From positions 22,613-86,612 of the forward strand of contig JAMCRP010000001.1 in NCBI GenBank assembly GCA_023380635.1: a stretch of 64,000 nucleotides of DNA, written 5' to 3'. Origin of the DNA: Patescibacteria group bacterium (GTDB lineage Bacteria; Patescibacteriota; Microgenomatia; JAMCZE01). The stretch's first letter is position 1, and the number at the start of each line of letters is the position of its first letter. The translations under genes and the position numbers were made by a program. The notes beneath the pieces were generated by a model. It was not told where the DNA came from and did not search any database. It worked only from the letters and a program-made list of their open reading frames with translations. Below are positions 1-8,369 of this stretch, piece after piece.

Positions 1-797
1 ATCTCCGTCTGGTCGGCCACCGAGAACTTATCCTCGTCATATTTTTTCAGAAGCTCTTTTTTGATATCCGCTTTGACCGTGGCCAGATTAGTGCCGTTGG
101 CCGCTTTGGCGTAAATGGCGTAAAACTTTTTGTCTTCAAGATAAGGGCTGGCTGCCGTGTAGGGGATAAAAACATGTTCGTCCATCGACGGGCCGCCCAG
201 GCCGCCGCCGCCTTTTGGTATCAAAATTCCCACGACCCGGAAAGCCAGGTTGTCGATGCGGATCTTTTTTCCCAGAGCCGAATCAGCGTCGGCAAAGATT
301 TCCGTCGCCACTTTGGAGCCGATGACTGCGACTTTCGCTCCTCTGCCGACATCGGCCTTGGTAAACATTTCTCCCTTATCGATTTCTAGGTTTAAAGTGT
401 TAAAAACATCAGCCGGCCCGCCGACAACTTCGTAGGTTTTGGTATCGGTTTCGCCCTGGGTTTTGGAAAACTGGGCGGTCATCGGCAAGGCAGCCTCAAC
501 TCCCGGAACTCGGCTTACTTTCTGGGCGTCAGTAAGAGTGAATTTAATTCCTCCGATTCCGCCGGCCGCAGCCATGCCGCCGCCACTGCTTAAATCTCCG
601 GGCATAATGTAAATCAGGTTGGTGCCCAGGCTTTCAAACTGCTGACGAATATATTCTTTAAGGCCCAAAGTGAAAGCCGTGAGTAAAACAACCGATAAGA
701 CCCCGATCAAAATACCCAGAGATGTCAAAAAAGTCCGCCCTTTATTGCGGGAAAAATCAAAAAGAGCCGATTTTAAGATAAAACGAAAATAGTTCAT
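1..797 (-). CDS. ABC transporter permease, FtsX/MacB-like; N-terminus at 797, C-terminus runs off the window start
   Basis: Reverse-complement reading frame opens with ATG at 797 (MNYFRFILKSALFDFSRNKGRTFLTSLGILIGV..., TM helix then large periplasmic loop) and has no stop before position 1. Not in the ORF track because it is truncated. Sits downstream of the ABC ATPase and HlyD-like genes on the same strand. Confidence 0.75.
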   Translation of the reverse strand, partial: MNYFRFILKSALFDFSRNKGRTFLTSLGILIGVLSVVLLTAFTLGLKEYIRQQFESLGTNLIYIMPGDLSSGGGMAAAGGIGGIKFTLTDAQKVSRVPGVEAALPMTAQFSKTQGETDTKTYEVVGGPADVFNTLNLEIDKGEMFTKADVGRGAKVAVIGSKVATEIFADADSALGKKIRIDNLAFRVVGILIPKGGGGLGGPSMDEHVFIPYTAASPYLEDKKFYAIYAKAANGTNLATVKADIKKELLKKYDEDKFSVADQTE

Positions 798-810
798 AAA
801 AGAGTAATCA

Positions 811-887
811 CGAATATACAAATCCTATACAAATATACAAATCTACAAATTCGTATATTTGTATATTTGCGGCAATTCGTATATTCG
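811..887. repeat. Nested inverted repeats of the ATACAAAT / ATTTGTAT motif in the 95-bp spacer between the ABC ATPase and permease genes
   Basis: Outer arms cgaatatacaaat (811-823) and attcgtatattcg (875-887) are complementary with one mismatch. Inner arms caaatatacaaat (830-842) and atttgtatatttg (857-869) are perfectly complementary. TATACAAAT occurs three times directly, then three times inverted. Confidence 0.5.
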
Positions 888-892
888 TGAGA

Positions 893-1567
893 TCACTTCT
901 CAATATGTCCATCCCTGATTTTAATAATTCTTCTTGTCTTGGCAGCAATATCCGGTTCATGCGTAACGATCACGATAGTAATTTTTTCTTCTTTATTTAA
1001 TTGGGCCAGCAGTTTCATAATTTCGTCGCCGGTTTTGGTGTCCAGATTGCCTGTCGGCTCATCGGCCAAAACCAGTTTTGGAGACATAATCAGGGCGCGG
1101 GCAATGGCGACCCGTTGCTGTTGGCCGCCGGAAAGTTTATTGGGAAAAGAGCGGGCTTTTTGGGCGATGCCAAAACGCTCCAGAAGGTAGTTTGCTTTAT
1201 CTTCCGGATTATAGGAAAGTTTGTGCCGGGCGTAGACTGCCGGCAGGAGAATATTTTCCAGAACCGTCAGTTTAGGCAAAAGGTTGAATTGTTGGAAAAC
1301 AAAACCGATAAATTCGTTACGCAGCTTGGATAAATTCGTATCCGAAACCCGGGAAATATCCTTATCGTCGATAAAAACTTTCCCGGAGGAGGGGAGGTCG
1401 AGAAGACCGATCAGGTGCATGAGAGTTGATTTACCCGAACCCGAGGGCCCCATAATCGCGCTGAACTCACCGTTTTTAACCGTTAAATTAATATCCTGCA
1501 GGGCCAGAAATTTCTGGTCATCACCGTCGAGGGTGTAGACTTTGGAAACATTTTGCAGCTTGATCAT
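893..1567 (-). CDS. ABC transporter ATP-binding protein (MacB/LolD-like)
   Basis: Walker [13 protein letters not shown] signature [15 protein letters not shown], Walker [14 protein letters not shown]-loop; 224 aa. Confidence 0.9.
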   Translation of the reverse strand: MIKLQNVSKVYTLDGDDQKFLALQDINLTVKNGEFSAIMGPSGSGKSTLMHLIGLLDLPSSGKVFIDDKDISRVSDTNLSKLRNEFIGFVFQQFNLLPKLTVLENILLPAVYARHKLSYNPEDKANYLLERFGIAQKARSFPNKLSGGQQQRVAIARALIMSPKLVLADEPTGNLDTKTGDEIMKLLAQLNKEEKITIVIVTHEPDIAAKTRRIIKIRDGHIEK

Positions 1568-2574
1568 TAATCAGTCACCTGGATCCCTTCGGTCAGTCCT
1601 GATTTGACTTCCGTGTCGGTGTCAAAAGTGTCGCCGGTTTCAATGTTTTGTTTGATTCTTTTGCCGTTGGCCATAATCCAGACATATTTTGAGCCGTCAT
1701 CGTTGGATTTAATGTATTTTGTCGGCACCGCAATCACATTTTGAGCCTCTCTGACAATAAAATCGGCATTCCCGGTCATGCCGAGACGGTAAGAATAATC
1801 GGAGTTGGTTACCGGCAGAGTCATTTTTACTTCATAAACAGTGCCGGTTTCGCCGGTCTCTGGCGTAAAGGAAATCGCGGTGATACCCGAAGTGATGGTT
1901 TTGTCAGGATAAGCATCAAGAATGATTTCTCCGCTTTGATTAGCGGCCAGCCTCACCACATCTGCCTGGTCTGCCGAGGCGGAGAAATAGAGGGTGCGAG
2001 GGTTAACAATATCAAATTCCGTCCCTGTGGAAGTAATGTTGGTCCCTGCAGTCGGTACCGGGTCGGAAACAACGATCCCGTCAATTGGTGTCCAGAGGTT
2101 AGAGTATTCAACCGCCAGGTTTTTAATTTCCACATCCGCGACCGTAGAATTAAGGTCAAACTGGGCTTTATCCAGAATTTTCTTCAGGTCGGAAGTTAAT
2201 TGTGAATTATAATTGTCTTTGGCGGTTTCAAAATCCCAACGCTGCGACATATAGGCGTTCAGATATTTTTTCAGGTCGTCCTGGACTCCGCGTTGGTCCA
2301 AAGAGGCCAGGACCTGATACTTTTTGACAGTGTCGCCGGGCTTAACCCCTACCCAGATGAGCTGCCCGGAAGTTTGAAAATGAAGATTGGCGCTTTCGGC
2401 CGCTTTAATACTTCCGGAAAAAGACAGGGTTTCCGAAAGATTTTCCCGCTTAACGGTGTAGAAACTCTTTTTAGGGGTCAGTCTTGGCGCCAGAAGAAAA
2501 AAGTAACCTCCAAAAGCCGCTATGATTAAGACAGCCATAATAAAAAACCAGCGATGCTTGGTGATTTGGCGCAT
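1567..2574 (-). CDS. HlyD/MacA-family periplasmic adaptor (membrane fusion protein) of the ABC efflux operon
   Basis: N-terminal TM anchor, long coiled-coil/beta-barrel-like region, stop overlaps start of the downstream ABC ATPase; 335 aa. Confidence 0.6.
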   Translation of the reverse strand: MRQITKHRWFFIMAVLIIAAFGGYFFLLAPRLTPKKSFYTVKRENLSETLSFSGSIKAAESANLHFQTSGQLIWVGVKPGDTVKKYQVLASLDQRGVQDDLKKYLNAYMSQRWDFETAKDNYNSQLTSDLKKILDKAQFDLNSTVADVEIKNLAVEYSNLWTPIDGIVVSDPVPTAGTNITSTGTEFDIVNPRTLYFSASADQADVVRLAANQSGEIILDAYPDKTITSGITAISFTPETGETGTVYEVKMTLPVTNSDYSYRLGMTGNADFIVREAQNVIAVPTKYIKSNDDGSKYVWIMANGKRIKQNIETGDTFDTDTEVKSGLTEGIQVTD

Positions 2575-2582
2575 AAAGTTAA

Positions 2583-3236
2583 TTACAGCGAGAGTATATC
2601 AGCTTTCAGGGTAGAGAGAACAGGAGAACTGGGGTCAGTGTAAGCTAACACCATGACGGTCGAGCCGGGTTTAAAATCAGCCAATTTGGCAGCGGAGAAA
2701 ATGGTGCCGAGATTCTTTTTCAAAATGGCGCCGGTGAGGTCCACTTTGGTTTCGGGACCGCCGAATTCTTTAACCGTCAGAACATTTTTTTCGTTAGTTT
2801 TAATCGTCCCCACGAGATTATAACGATGAATTTTGACAATAATCTGCCGGGCCGTCATTTCCATATTTCCCGGGTCAATCGTCCCGAAAGCAGCCAGGTC
2901 GTCGCCGTCCTTAAGGTTGCTAAAAGTAATTTCCGCCCGCTTTCCAGCGGTGATCCGGTACAAACTGGTAACTTCGTTGGTAGTAATAGTGCGGTCGCCT
3001 TCAGTAGTCGAAATGACAATTGAGGCGGCCCCGACGGATTTAATTTTGCCGGTATAAGTTCTTTTCAGATCACCGGAGAGTTTATTGACCAGTTTGTTAA
3101 CCTGGTCCTGGATTTCCTGAGAGCGGGCGGAAGAAGTAGCGGAGGGAGAAGGAGTCGCCGTCGCCGCTAAAGCGCTGCGGCTAAATAAAATATAAGATAG
3201 AAAGATTAAGAATAATAAGCTGGCTAGTTTCTTCAT
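2583..3236 (-). CDS. Secreted hypothetical protein (signal peptide)
   Basis: N-terminal MKKLASLLFLIFLSYILFSRSALA signal-like sequence; ORF 217 aa; no recognisable catalytic motif. Confidence 0.5.
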   Translation of the reverse strand: MKKLASLLFLIFLSYILFSRSALAATATPSPSATSSARSQEIQDQVNKLVNKLSGDLKRTYTGKIKSVGAASIVISTTEGDRTITTNEVTSLYRITAGKRAEITFSNLKDGDDLAAFGTIDPGNMEMTARQIIVKIHRYNLVGTIKTNEKNVLTVKEFGGPETKVDLTGAILKKNLGTIFSAAKLADFKPGSTVMVLAYTDPSSPVLSTLKADILSL

Positions 3237-3700
3237 TACTGAGCAATTTCTAAAGTAACATTACGCCGGATGACAGCCGAGTTTGTTTGATTAGCAAAGG
3301 CCGTAACCGAAAGGTTATTTTCTCCCTCTTCCAATTTTATTGTTGTCTTAAAATTTCCGGAGGCGTCAGCGGAGGCGATTTTTTCGTCAGCGTTGGAAAA
3401 GACGACAACGGAGGCGACCGGAACGGTTTTTCCGGAAACGGAAAGGTTGGCTTCGGAGGTAGAAATGTTATCGTTTATCTGGTCCAAAGACAAAGCCAGG
3501 CCTGTCGCCCCGGAAACTTCCGGTTGTGCAGCTGATGTCGCAGCGATTTGTGGTTGCGGTTTAGTAAAGATCTGGTCCGGGGTTTTACCGATAGCGGGTA
3601 AAAATTTTTGGAAGGCGAAATAACCGCCTGCAGCGAGGACGCCGGCGGACAAACCAATGACGATAGTGATTATTTTTTCGCGGTTCACAGCCGGCGCCAT
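3236..3700 (-). CDS. Membrane-anchored hypothetical protein
   Basis: Single N-terminal TM helix followed by a Ser/Thr/Ala-rich beta-rich domain; 154 aa; 1-nt overlap with downstream gene. Confidence 0.45.
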   Translation of the reverse strand: MAPAVNREKIITIVIGLSAGVLAAGGYFAFQKFLPAIGKTPDQIFTKPQPQIAATSAAQPEVSGATGLALSLDQINDNISTSEANLSVSGKTVPVASVVVFSNADEKIASADASGNFKTTIKLEEGENNLSVTAFANQTNSAVIRRNVTLEIAQ

Positions 3701-3758
3701 TCTATGATACAGTTAAGTCTCTTGTCAACAAGCTTCATTGGGTTAAAATGCAGCTGAT

Positions 3759-4235
3759 ATGGAAATTAGTTTAAGTAAAGGTGACATAAAAATTAAAGGA
3801 AAAAATTCCCCGGCGTTAGTCAGTAATGCCAAGTTATCGGTGGGGGAGTTTGTTGTCCCCGGGCCGGGAGAGTTTGAAATTAACGGGGTGGATGTGGTCG
3901 GGGTGGCGGTCGATTCCCGGACGATCTACCGGGTCAATGTTGATAATGTTTTAGTAGTCTATCTGGATAACCTGGATCGGAAACTGACTGAGCAGGAGAG
4001 TAATCAAATTGGGCCGGCGAATGTTTTGCTAATTCCGGTGGAGACTCTCAGTGCTGACGCGGCCGCGGAAGTGGTTGCCCAACTTGAGCCCCAGATAGTG
4101 GTGCCCATCGGAAACAGTGAAAACCGGGCAAAATTTTTGAAACAAATGGGGACAGAACAGGCTGTCGCCCAAGCGAAACTAGTTACTTCTGCCGAAAAAC
4201 TGCCGGAGACCACGACAGTAGTCGTACTTGAATAA
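3759..4235 (+). CDS. Hypothetical protein; weak resemblance to a degenerate metallo-beta-lactamase-fold fragment; translationally coupled to dnaB
   Basis: 158-aa ORF whose stop abuts the dnaB ATG at 4236. No HxHxDH motif, so if MBL-like it is inactive. Confidence 0.4.
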   Translation: MEISLSKGDIKIKGKNSPALVSNAKLSVGEFVVPGPGEFEINGVDVVGVAVDSRTIYRVNVDNVLVVYLDNLDRKLTEQESNQIGPANVLLIPVETLSADAAAEVVAQLEPQIVVPIGNSENRAKFLKQMGTEQAVAQAKLVTSAEKLPETTTVVVLE

Positions 4236-5561
4236 ATGGCCGATCCCAAAATTCCTCCTCATAGCCTGGAGGCAGAACAGTCTGTCCTCGGGGCAATATT
4301 AATTGACAAAAATGCCATTGTCGAAGTGGCCGGTTTTTTGCGCCCCGAGCATTTTTATGAAGACCGCCACGGACAAATTTTCTCGGCGATGCTGGCCCTT
4401 TACGAAGAACGTCGCCCGATTGATCTTCTGACTTTAACCGAAAAACTGAAAGGCCTGAAAACCTATAAAGATGTCGGCGGCTCAACCTATCTGACGGAAC
4501 TGACGGCCGTGGTTCCCACTTCGGCTCATGTGGAAGAGTACGGCAAAATCATCCGGGAACTTTGTGCTAAACGCCAGCTTATAGCGGCTTCGGCGGCTGT
4601 GACCGAACTTTCCTTTGATTCCGGAAAAAATCTGCAGGATGTTTTGGACCAGGCGGAATCAAAAATCTTTAGCATTTCTCAGGAGAACCTGGAGCGCAAT
4701 TTTGTTTCAATGAAAGATATTCTGACCCGGAGTTTTGACCGGCTGGATGAGATTCAAAAGCGAGGAGCGGGTCTTCGGGGAGTGCCGACTGGCTGGAAAG
4801 ATCTGGATGATGTGTTAGCCGGGTTTCAGGAAAGCAATTTGGTCATTCTGGCGGCTCGGCCCGGCATCGGTAAAACAGCTTTTCTGTTAAACATCGCTCA
4901 GCATGTGGCGGTGAAGGAAAAAATGCCGGTGGGGGTCTTTTCCTTGGAAATGAGCCAAGAGGAACTGGGCGACAGGCTCTTGGTCATGCAGGCCGGTATC
5001 GACGCCTGGAAACTCAAGACCGGAAAACTGGACGATGAGGATTTAGACAAACTGCAGGACGCGATGGGAGTTTTGGCTGAAGCCCCCGTTTTTATTGATG
5101 ACACGCCGGGCATAACTCTCATGGAAATGCGCACCAAAGCGCGCCGGCTCCAGATGGAACACGGATTAAAACTACTGTTAGTAGACTATTTGCAACTGGT
5201 TAACCCAGGACGCAGTCTCGAGTCCCGGGTCCAAGAGGTGTCAATTGTTTCCCAGGCTCTAAAAAACCTCGCTAGAGAGCTACGCATTCCTGTCATTTCT
5301 GCTTCGCAGTTGAATAGGCAAGTAGAGGCGCGTGGCTCCAAAAAACCGCAACTGGCGGATCTGCGGGAATCGGGATCAATCGAACAAGACGCGGATGTGG
5401 TGATGTTTTTATATCGCGGCGAAGAAACCAAAGACCTGGCCCCGGGAGACAAAATTCCGACTACCTTATCAATCGATAAACACCGCAACGGGGCGCTTCG
5501 CGAAATAAATTACATGTTTAACGGGGCGATGATGCAGTTTAAGCTTTTAGCCAAGACCTAA
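4236..5561 (+). CDS. dnaB: Replicative DNA helicase DnaB
   Basis: N-terminal DnaB domain (HSLEAEQSVLGAIL), Walker A ARPGIGKTAF, SLEMS, Walker B LLLVDYLQL, ISASQLNR and ADLRESGSIEQDAD motifs; 441 aa. Confidence 0.95.
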   Translation: MADPKIPPHSLEAEQSVLGAILIDKNAIVEVAGFLRPEHFYEDRHGQIFSAMLALYEERRPIDLLTLTEKLKGLKTYKDVGGSTYLTELTAVVPTSAHVEEYGKIIRELCAKRQLIAASAAVTELSFDSGKNLQDVLDQAESKIFSISQENLERNFVSMKDILTRSFDRLDEIQKRGAGLRGVPTGWKDLDDVLAGFQESNLVILAARPGIGKTAFLLNIAQHVAVKEKMPVGVFSLEMSQEELGDRLLVMQAGIDAWKLKTGKLDDEDLDKLQDAMGVLAEAPVFIDDTPGITLMEMRTKARRLQMEHGLKLLLVDYLQLVNPGRSLESRVQEVSIVSQALKNLARELRIPVISASQLNRQVEARGSKKPQLADLRESGSIEQDADVVMFLYRGEETKDLAPGDKIPTTLSIDKHRNGALREINYMFNGAMMQFKLLAKT

Positions 5562-5577
5562 GTAGAAAAATATTTTG

Positions 5578-5662
5578 TGGCGCGGGAGGGAGTCGAACCC
5601 TCACAGCCTATTATGGCTACCAGTTTTTGAGACTGGCTTGTCTACCATTCCAACACCGCGCC
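5578..5662 (-). tRNA. tRNA-Leu (anticodon CAA), type II tRNA with long variable arm; CCA not encoded
   Basis: Reverse complement GGCGCGGTGTTGGAATGGTAGACAAGCCAGTCTCAAAAACTGGTAGCCATAATAGGCTGTGAGGGTTCGACTCCCTCCCGCGCCA. 7-bp acceptor stem GGCGCGG/CCGCGCC. Anticodon stem CCAGT/ACTGG with loop CTCAAAA. T-arm GAGGG-TTCGACT-CCCTC. Confidence 0.8.
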
Positions 5663-5725
5663 AAGTATACCTAATTATAGCATTCTTATAGTCTCTCTCT
5701 AACATATAAATCCTATCATTCGAGC

Positions 5726-6172
5726 ATGCCCGAGAAACCGAGTGAGCTGCCAAAAAATCTCAATAAAGCTCAGGAAACTTTCTTAACGCAGAAAACGCCG
5801 CCCCAATATGTCAAAACGCGGCCGGGACCCGGAGGAAAGCCCTTGTCCTATGTAGAAATAGGCTATGTGGTCAACCTGCTTAACCAGGCTTTTGGCTGGG
5901 ACTGGGATTTTCAGATCTGGGAGCAGGAAATCGGCAAAAAACAGGTTTGGGTGCGGGGAGAACTCACGGTCCGGATAAACGATAAACAGATCACCAAAGC
6001 CCAATACGGCGGGGCAGATATCAAGTTTAACCGGGCCACCGGGGAAGCGATTAGCATTGCCGACGATCTTAAAGCCGCCGCCTCCGATTGCCTAAAAAAA
6101 TGTGCCTCGCTTCTTGGTGTGGCCGGGGACATTTACTGGAAGGATCTGGATACTTGGAGCTCCGAAGAGTAG
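5726..6172 (+). CDS. Rad52/Rad22-family single-strand annealing protein (N-terminal annealing domain only)
   Basis: PQYVKTRPGPGGKPLSYVEIGYVVNLLNQAFGWDWDFQI aligns to the Rad52 core LGPEYISSRxGGGxxKVCYIEGxRVINLANExFGYNGW. Downstream GxxxxxxxGEAISIADDLKAAASDCLKKCASLLG matches the Rad52 GVSEG...KEAVTDGLKRALRSFG region; 148 aa. Confidence 0.6.
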   Translation: MPEKPSELPKNLNKAQETFLTQKTPPQYVKTRPGPGGKPLSYVEIGYVVNLLNQAFGWDWDFQIWEQEIGKKQVWVRGELTVRINDKQITKAQYGGADIKFNRATGEAISIADDLKAAASDCLKKCASLLGVAGDIYWKDLDTWSSEE

Positions 6173-6300
6173 ATTTGACGGGTCCTGTCTGCTCGACCAC
6201 CCTTAAGGCGCTCAACCGCTAAGCTTGCGTACTCCAGTAGTCGTGCGCTCGCCGCTCAGTTTCGCGTTTAAGGCATCTGTCTCGCTGCCACCCGTCAAAT
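6173..6300. other. ~130-nt intergenic element closed by a 12-bp inverted repeat (gatttgacgggt ... acccgtcaaatc); candidate structured RNA or attachment-site remnant
   Basis: atttgacgggt at 6173-6183 and acccgtcaaat at ~6289-6299 are perfectly complementary. Interior has imperfect direct repeats (tgtctgctcg / tgtctcgctg; ttaaggcgc / ttaaggcat). No ORF. Confidence 0.3.
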
Positions 6301-6316
6301 CTGATAAAATATAATT

Positions 6317-7267
6317 ATGACGTTGGAAGATATCTATCTGCTGGGTTTAAAAATGGCGATTGCCGCAGATCCCCGTGGCAAGGCGGGGGTGGAGAAATAT
6401 TTGGCCCGTATCAAAAAGGAATATGAAGAACTGCCGGAAAAACAGAAGAAATATTTTGATAAAGAAAACTTAGTTAATCCCTATGTTGACTCCCGGATCC
6501 TTCTTGGTAACAGAAATAAAGTTATTAAAAAAATTTTAGTTGGCATCGATATTTATACTGGTGAAGTAGTTTTGGCAGATCGGCTGGGCGGAGTTGATTT
6601 ATTAATTTCTCATCATCCTGAAGGTGAGAGTTGGTCGGCGCTTCATGAGGTTATGGATTTGAATGTGGATATTTTAGGAAGTTATGGCGTGCCGGTAAAT
6701 GTGGCCGAACATTTGCTGGGCGAGCGAATGGGTGAGGTTCGCCGCCGTATTTCACCGGCCAATCATCAGCAGAATGTTGATGCTGCCAGGCTTTTGGGCT
6801 TTGCGATGATGTGCGCCCATACTTTTACTGATAATTTAGTCTATGACTTTTTAAAGAAATTGTTTGAGAAAGAAAAACCGGAAACCGTTGGCGAAGTCGT
6901 TGATCTTTTGATGACGATTCCAGAGTACCAGGAAGCTACCCGCGGTAAAGCTGGGCCGATGATTTTTGTGGGCGATGCGAAGAAACGGGCAGGTAAGGTG
7001 GCTCCGATTGAGATCACCGGCGGAACAGAAGGGTCGCCGCAAATTTACGAAAAACTGGCCCAGGCTGGAGTAGGGACCATTGTGGGTATGCATGCCTCGG
7101 AGGAACATCGCAAAGAGTCGGAAAAGTATCATGTGAACATGGTTGTCGCCGGGCACATAAGCTCGGATTCGCTAGGCATGAATTTATTCCTTGACGAAAT
7201 AGAGCGTCAGGGTGTACAAATAGTGCCGTGCTCGGGGTTAATCCGGGTAAAGCGTAATAGTAAGTAA
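6317..7267 (+). CDS. Nif3-family (DUF34) dinuclear metal-centre protein
   Basis: ILVGIDIYTGEVVLADRLGGVDLLISHHPE matches the Nif3/YbgI N-terminal motif (GVD..ISHHP). C-terminal VVAGHISSD matches the Nif3 AAGHHATE region; 316 aa. Confidence 0.5.
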   Translation: MTLEDIYLLGLKMAIAADPRGKAGVEKYLARIKKEYEELPEKQKKYFDKENLVNPYVDSRILLGNRNKVIKKILVGIDIYTGEVVLADRLGGVDLLISHHPEGESWSALHEVMDLNVDILGSYGVPVNVAEHLLGERMGEVRRRISPANHQQNVDAARLLGFAMMCAHTFTDNLVYDFLKKLFEKEKPETVGEVVDLLMTIPEYQEATRGKAGPMIFVGDAKKRAGKVAPIEITGGTEGSPQIYEKLAQAGVGTIVGMHASEEHRKESEKYHVNMVVAGHISSDSLGMNLFLDEIERQGVQIVPCSGLIRVKRNSK

Positions 7268-7278
7268 TAGTAAATAGT

Positions 7279-7854
7279 ATGGCCATGATTGGGGTGACTG
7301 AGTTGCGGTCAGGGACCGTCTTCGAGGATCCGTTAGTCGGAAACGGACCTTGGGTCGTGCTTAAGTACGAGCATGTCAAAATGGGCCGGGGAACGGCAAC
7401 CATCAAAGTAAAAATCCGCAATTTAAAAACGGGGACCACGATCGAAAAGGCTTTTATTAACGGGGCTCGGGTTTCCGAGGTAATTCTGGAAAAGAAGCGC
7501 GGGCAGTACCTCTACCGTGACGGTGCCAATTTAGTTTTTATGGAACCCTCAACTTACGAACAGTTTGAGACCCCTCAGGATCTGGTCGGCGAGGCAGCAA
7601 AATTTCTTAAAGAGGGTACCGAGGTAGACCTAAAAATGTATGAAGGCCAAGCGCTTTCCGTCTCCTTACCGCTAAAAATGAAGTTTGAAATTACCGACAC
7701 CGAACCGGGTTATAAAGGCAACTCAGTGACTAATATCTACAAAGACGCGGTTCTTGAAACCGGCGCCCGCATTAAAGTTCCCATGTTTGTTAATCAGGGA
7801 GAAATGGTCGTGGTAAATACCGATTCAGGAGAATACGTCGAACGGGCTAAGTAA
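7279..7854 (+). CDS. efp: Elongation factor P
   Basis: Typical EF-P N-terminus (ELRSGTVFEDPLVGNGPWVVLKYEHVKMGRGTATIKVKIRNLKTG), three OB/KOW-like domains, 191 aa. Confidence 0.9.
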   Translation: MAMIGVTELRSGTVFEDPLVGNGPWVVLKYEHVKMGRGTATIKVKIRNLKTGTTIEKAFINGARVSEVILEKKRGQYLYRDGANLVFMEPSTYEQFETPQDLVGEAAKFLKEGTEVDLKMYEGQALSVSLPLKMKFEITDTEPGYKGNSVTNIYKDAVLETGARIKVPMFVNQGEMVVVNTDSGEYVERAK

Positions 7855-8344
7855 GGCTCCAAAGCAGGAAAGCTCCGGCCACCGCCACCTGAGAAATTAC
7901 TCCCCATGGGGCCATAAGCCGTGCGTCAAACCAGAGATCGTGGATATAGTGCTGGAATTTGTAAACACCTTTGGAAACGGGATTGTCAAAGCGGGGAAAA
8001 ATATACGGTGCTTCCAGAAGATCAGGAGACTGGGCCACCAAGATCGCGATAAAGAAATACGCCGGATCAACAGATGGTCCCCGAAGAAGATAAAAGGCGG
8101 CGGCAGCAACAAAACCAAGGATAATATCAGCCGAAGTTTCCAGAGCAATCCGCTGGTGACTCTTGTTCTTATTGGTCATAATGTCCCAATGGGGAACCTT
8201 GTCCAAAAGCAGGTGAGAAGTAAAAACGAGCGGTAGACCAATGGCGGGATTAGTGACTTTGGAAACGATAGCCGCAGCAATTATCGAGTGCGCCGTTAGC
8301 GTCATCTTTTTAAGTTGTTTTTTTAGTATAGCAGCCCTTGTCAA
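7847..8344 (-). CDS. Hypothetical integral membrane protein
   Basis: 165-aa ORF with 3-4 predicted TM helices; start may be the internal Met (MTLTAHSII). No motif recognised. Confidence 0.4.
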   Translation of the reverse strand: MTRAAILKKQLKKMTLTAHSIIAAAIVSKVTNPAIGLPLVFTSHLLLDKVPHWDIMTNKNKSHQRIALETSADIILGFVAAAAFYLLRGPSVDPAYFFIAILVAQSPDLLEAPYIFPRFDNPVSKGVYKFQHYIHDLWFDARLMAPWGVISQVAVAGAFLLWSLT

Positions 8345-8369
8345 TTTCTGCCAGGTTTGTTAATCTTAT

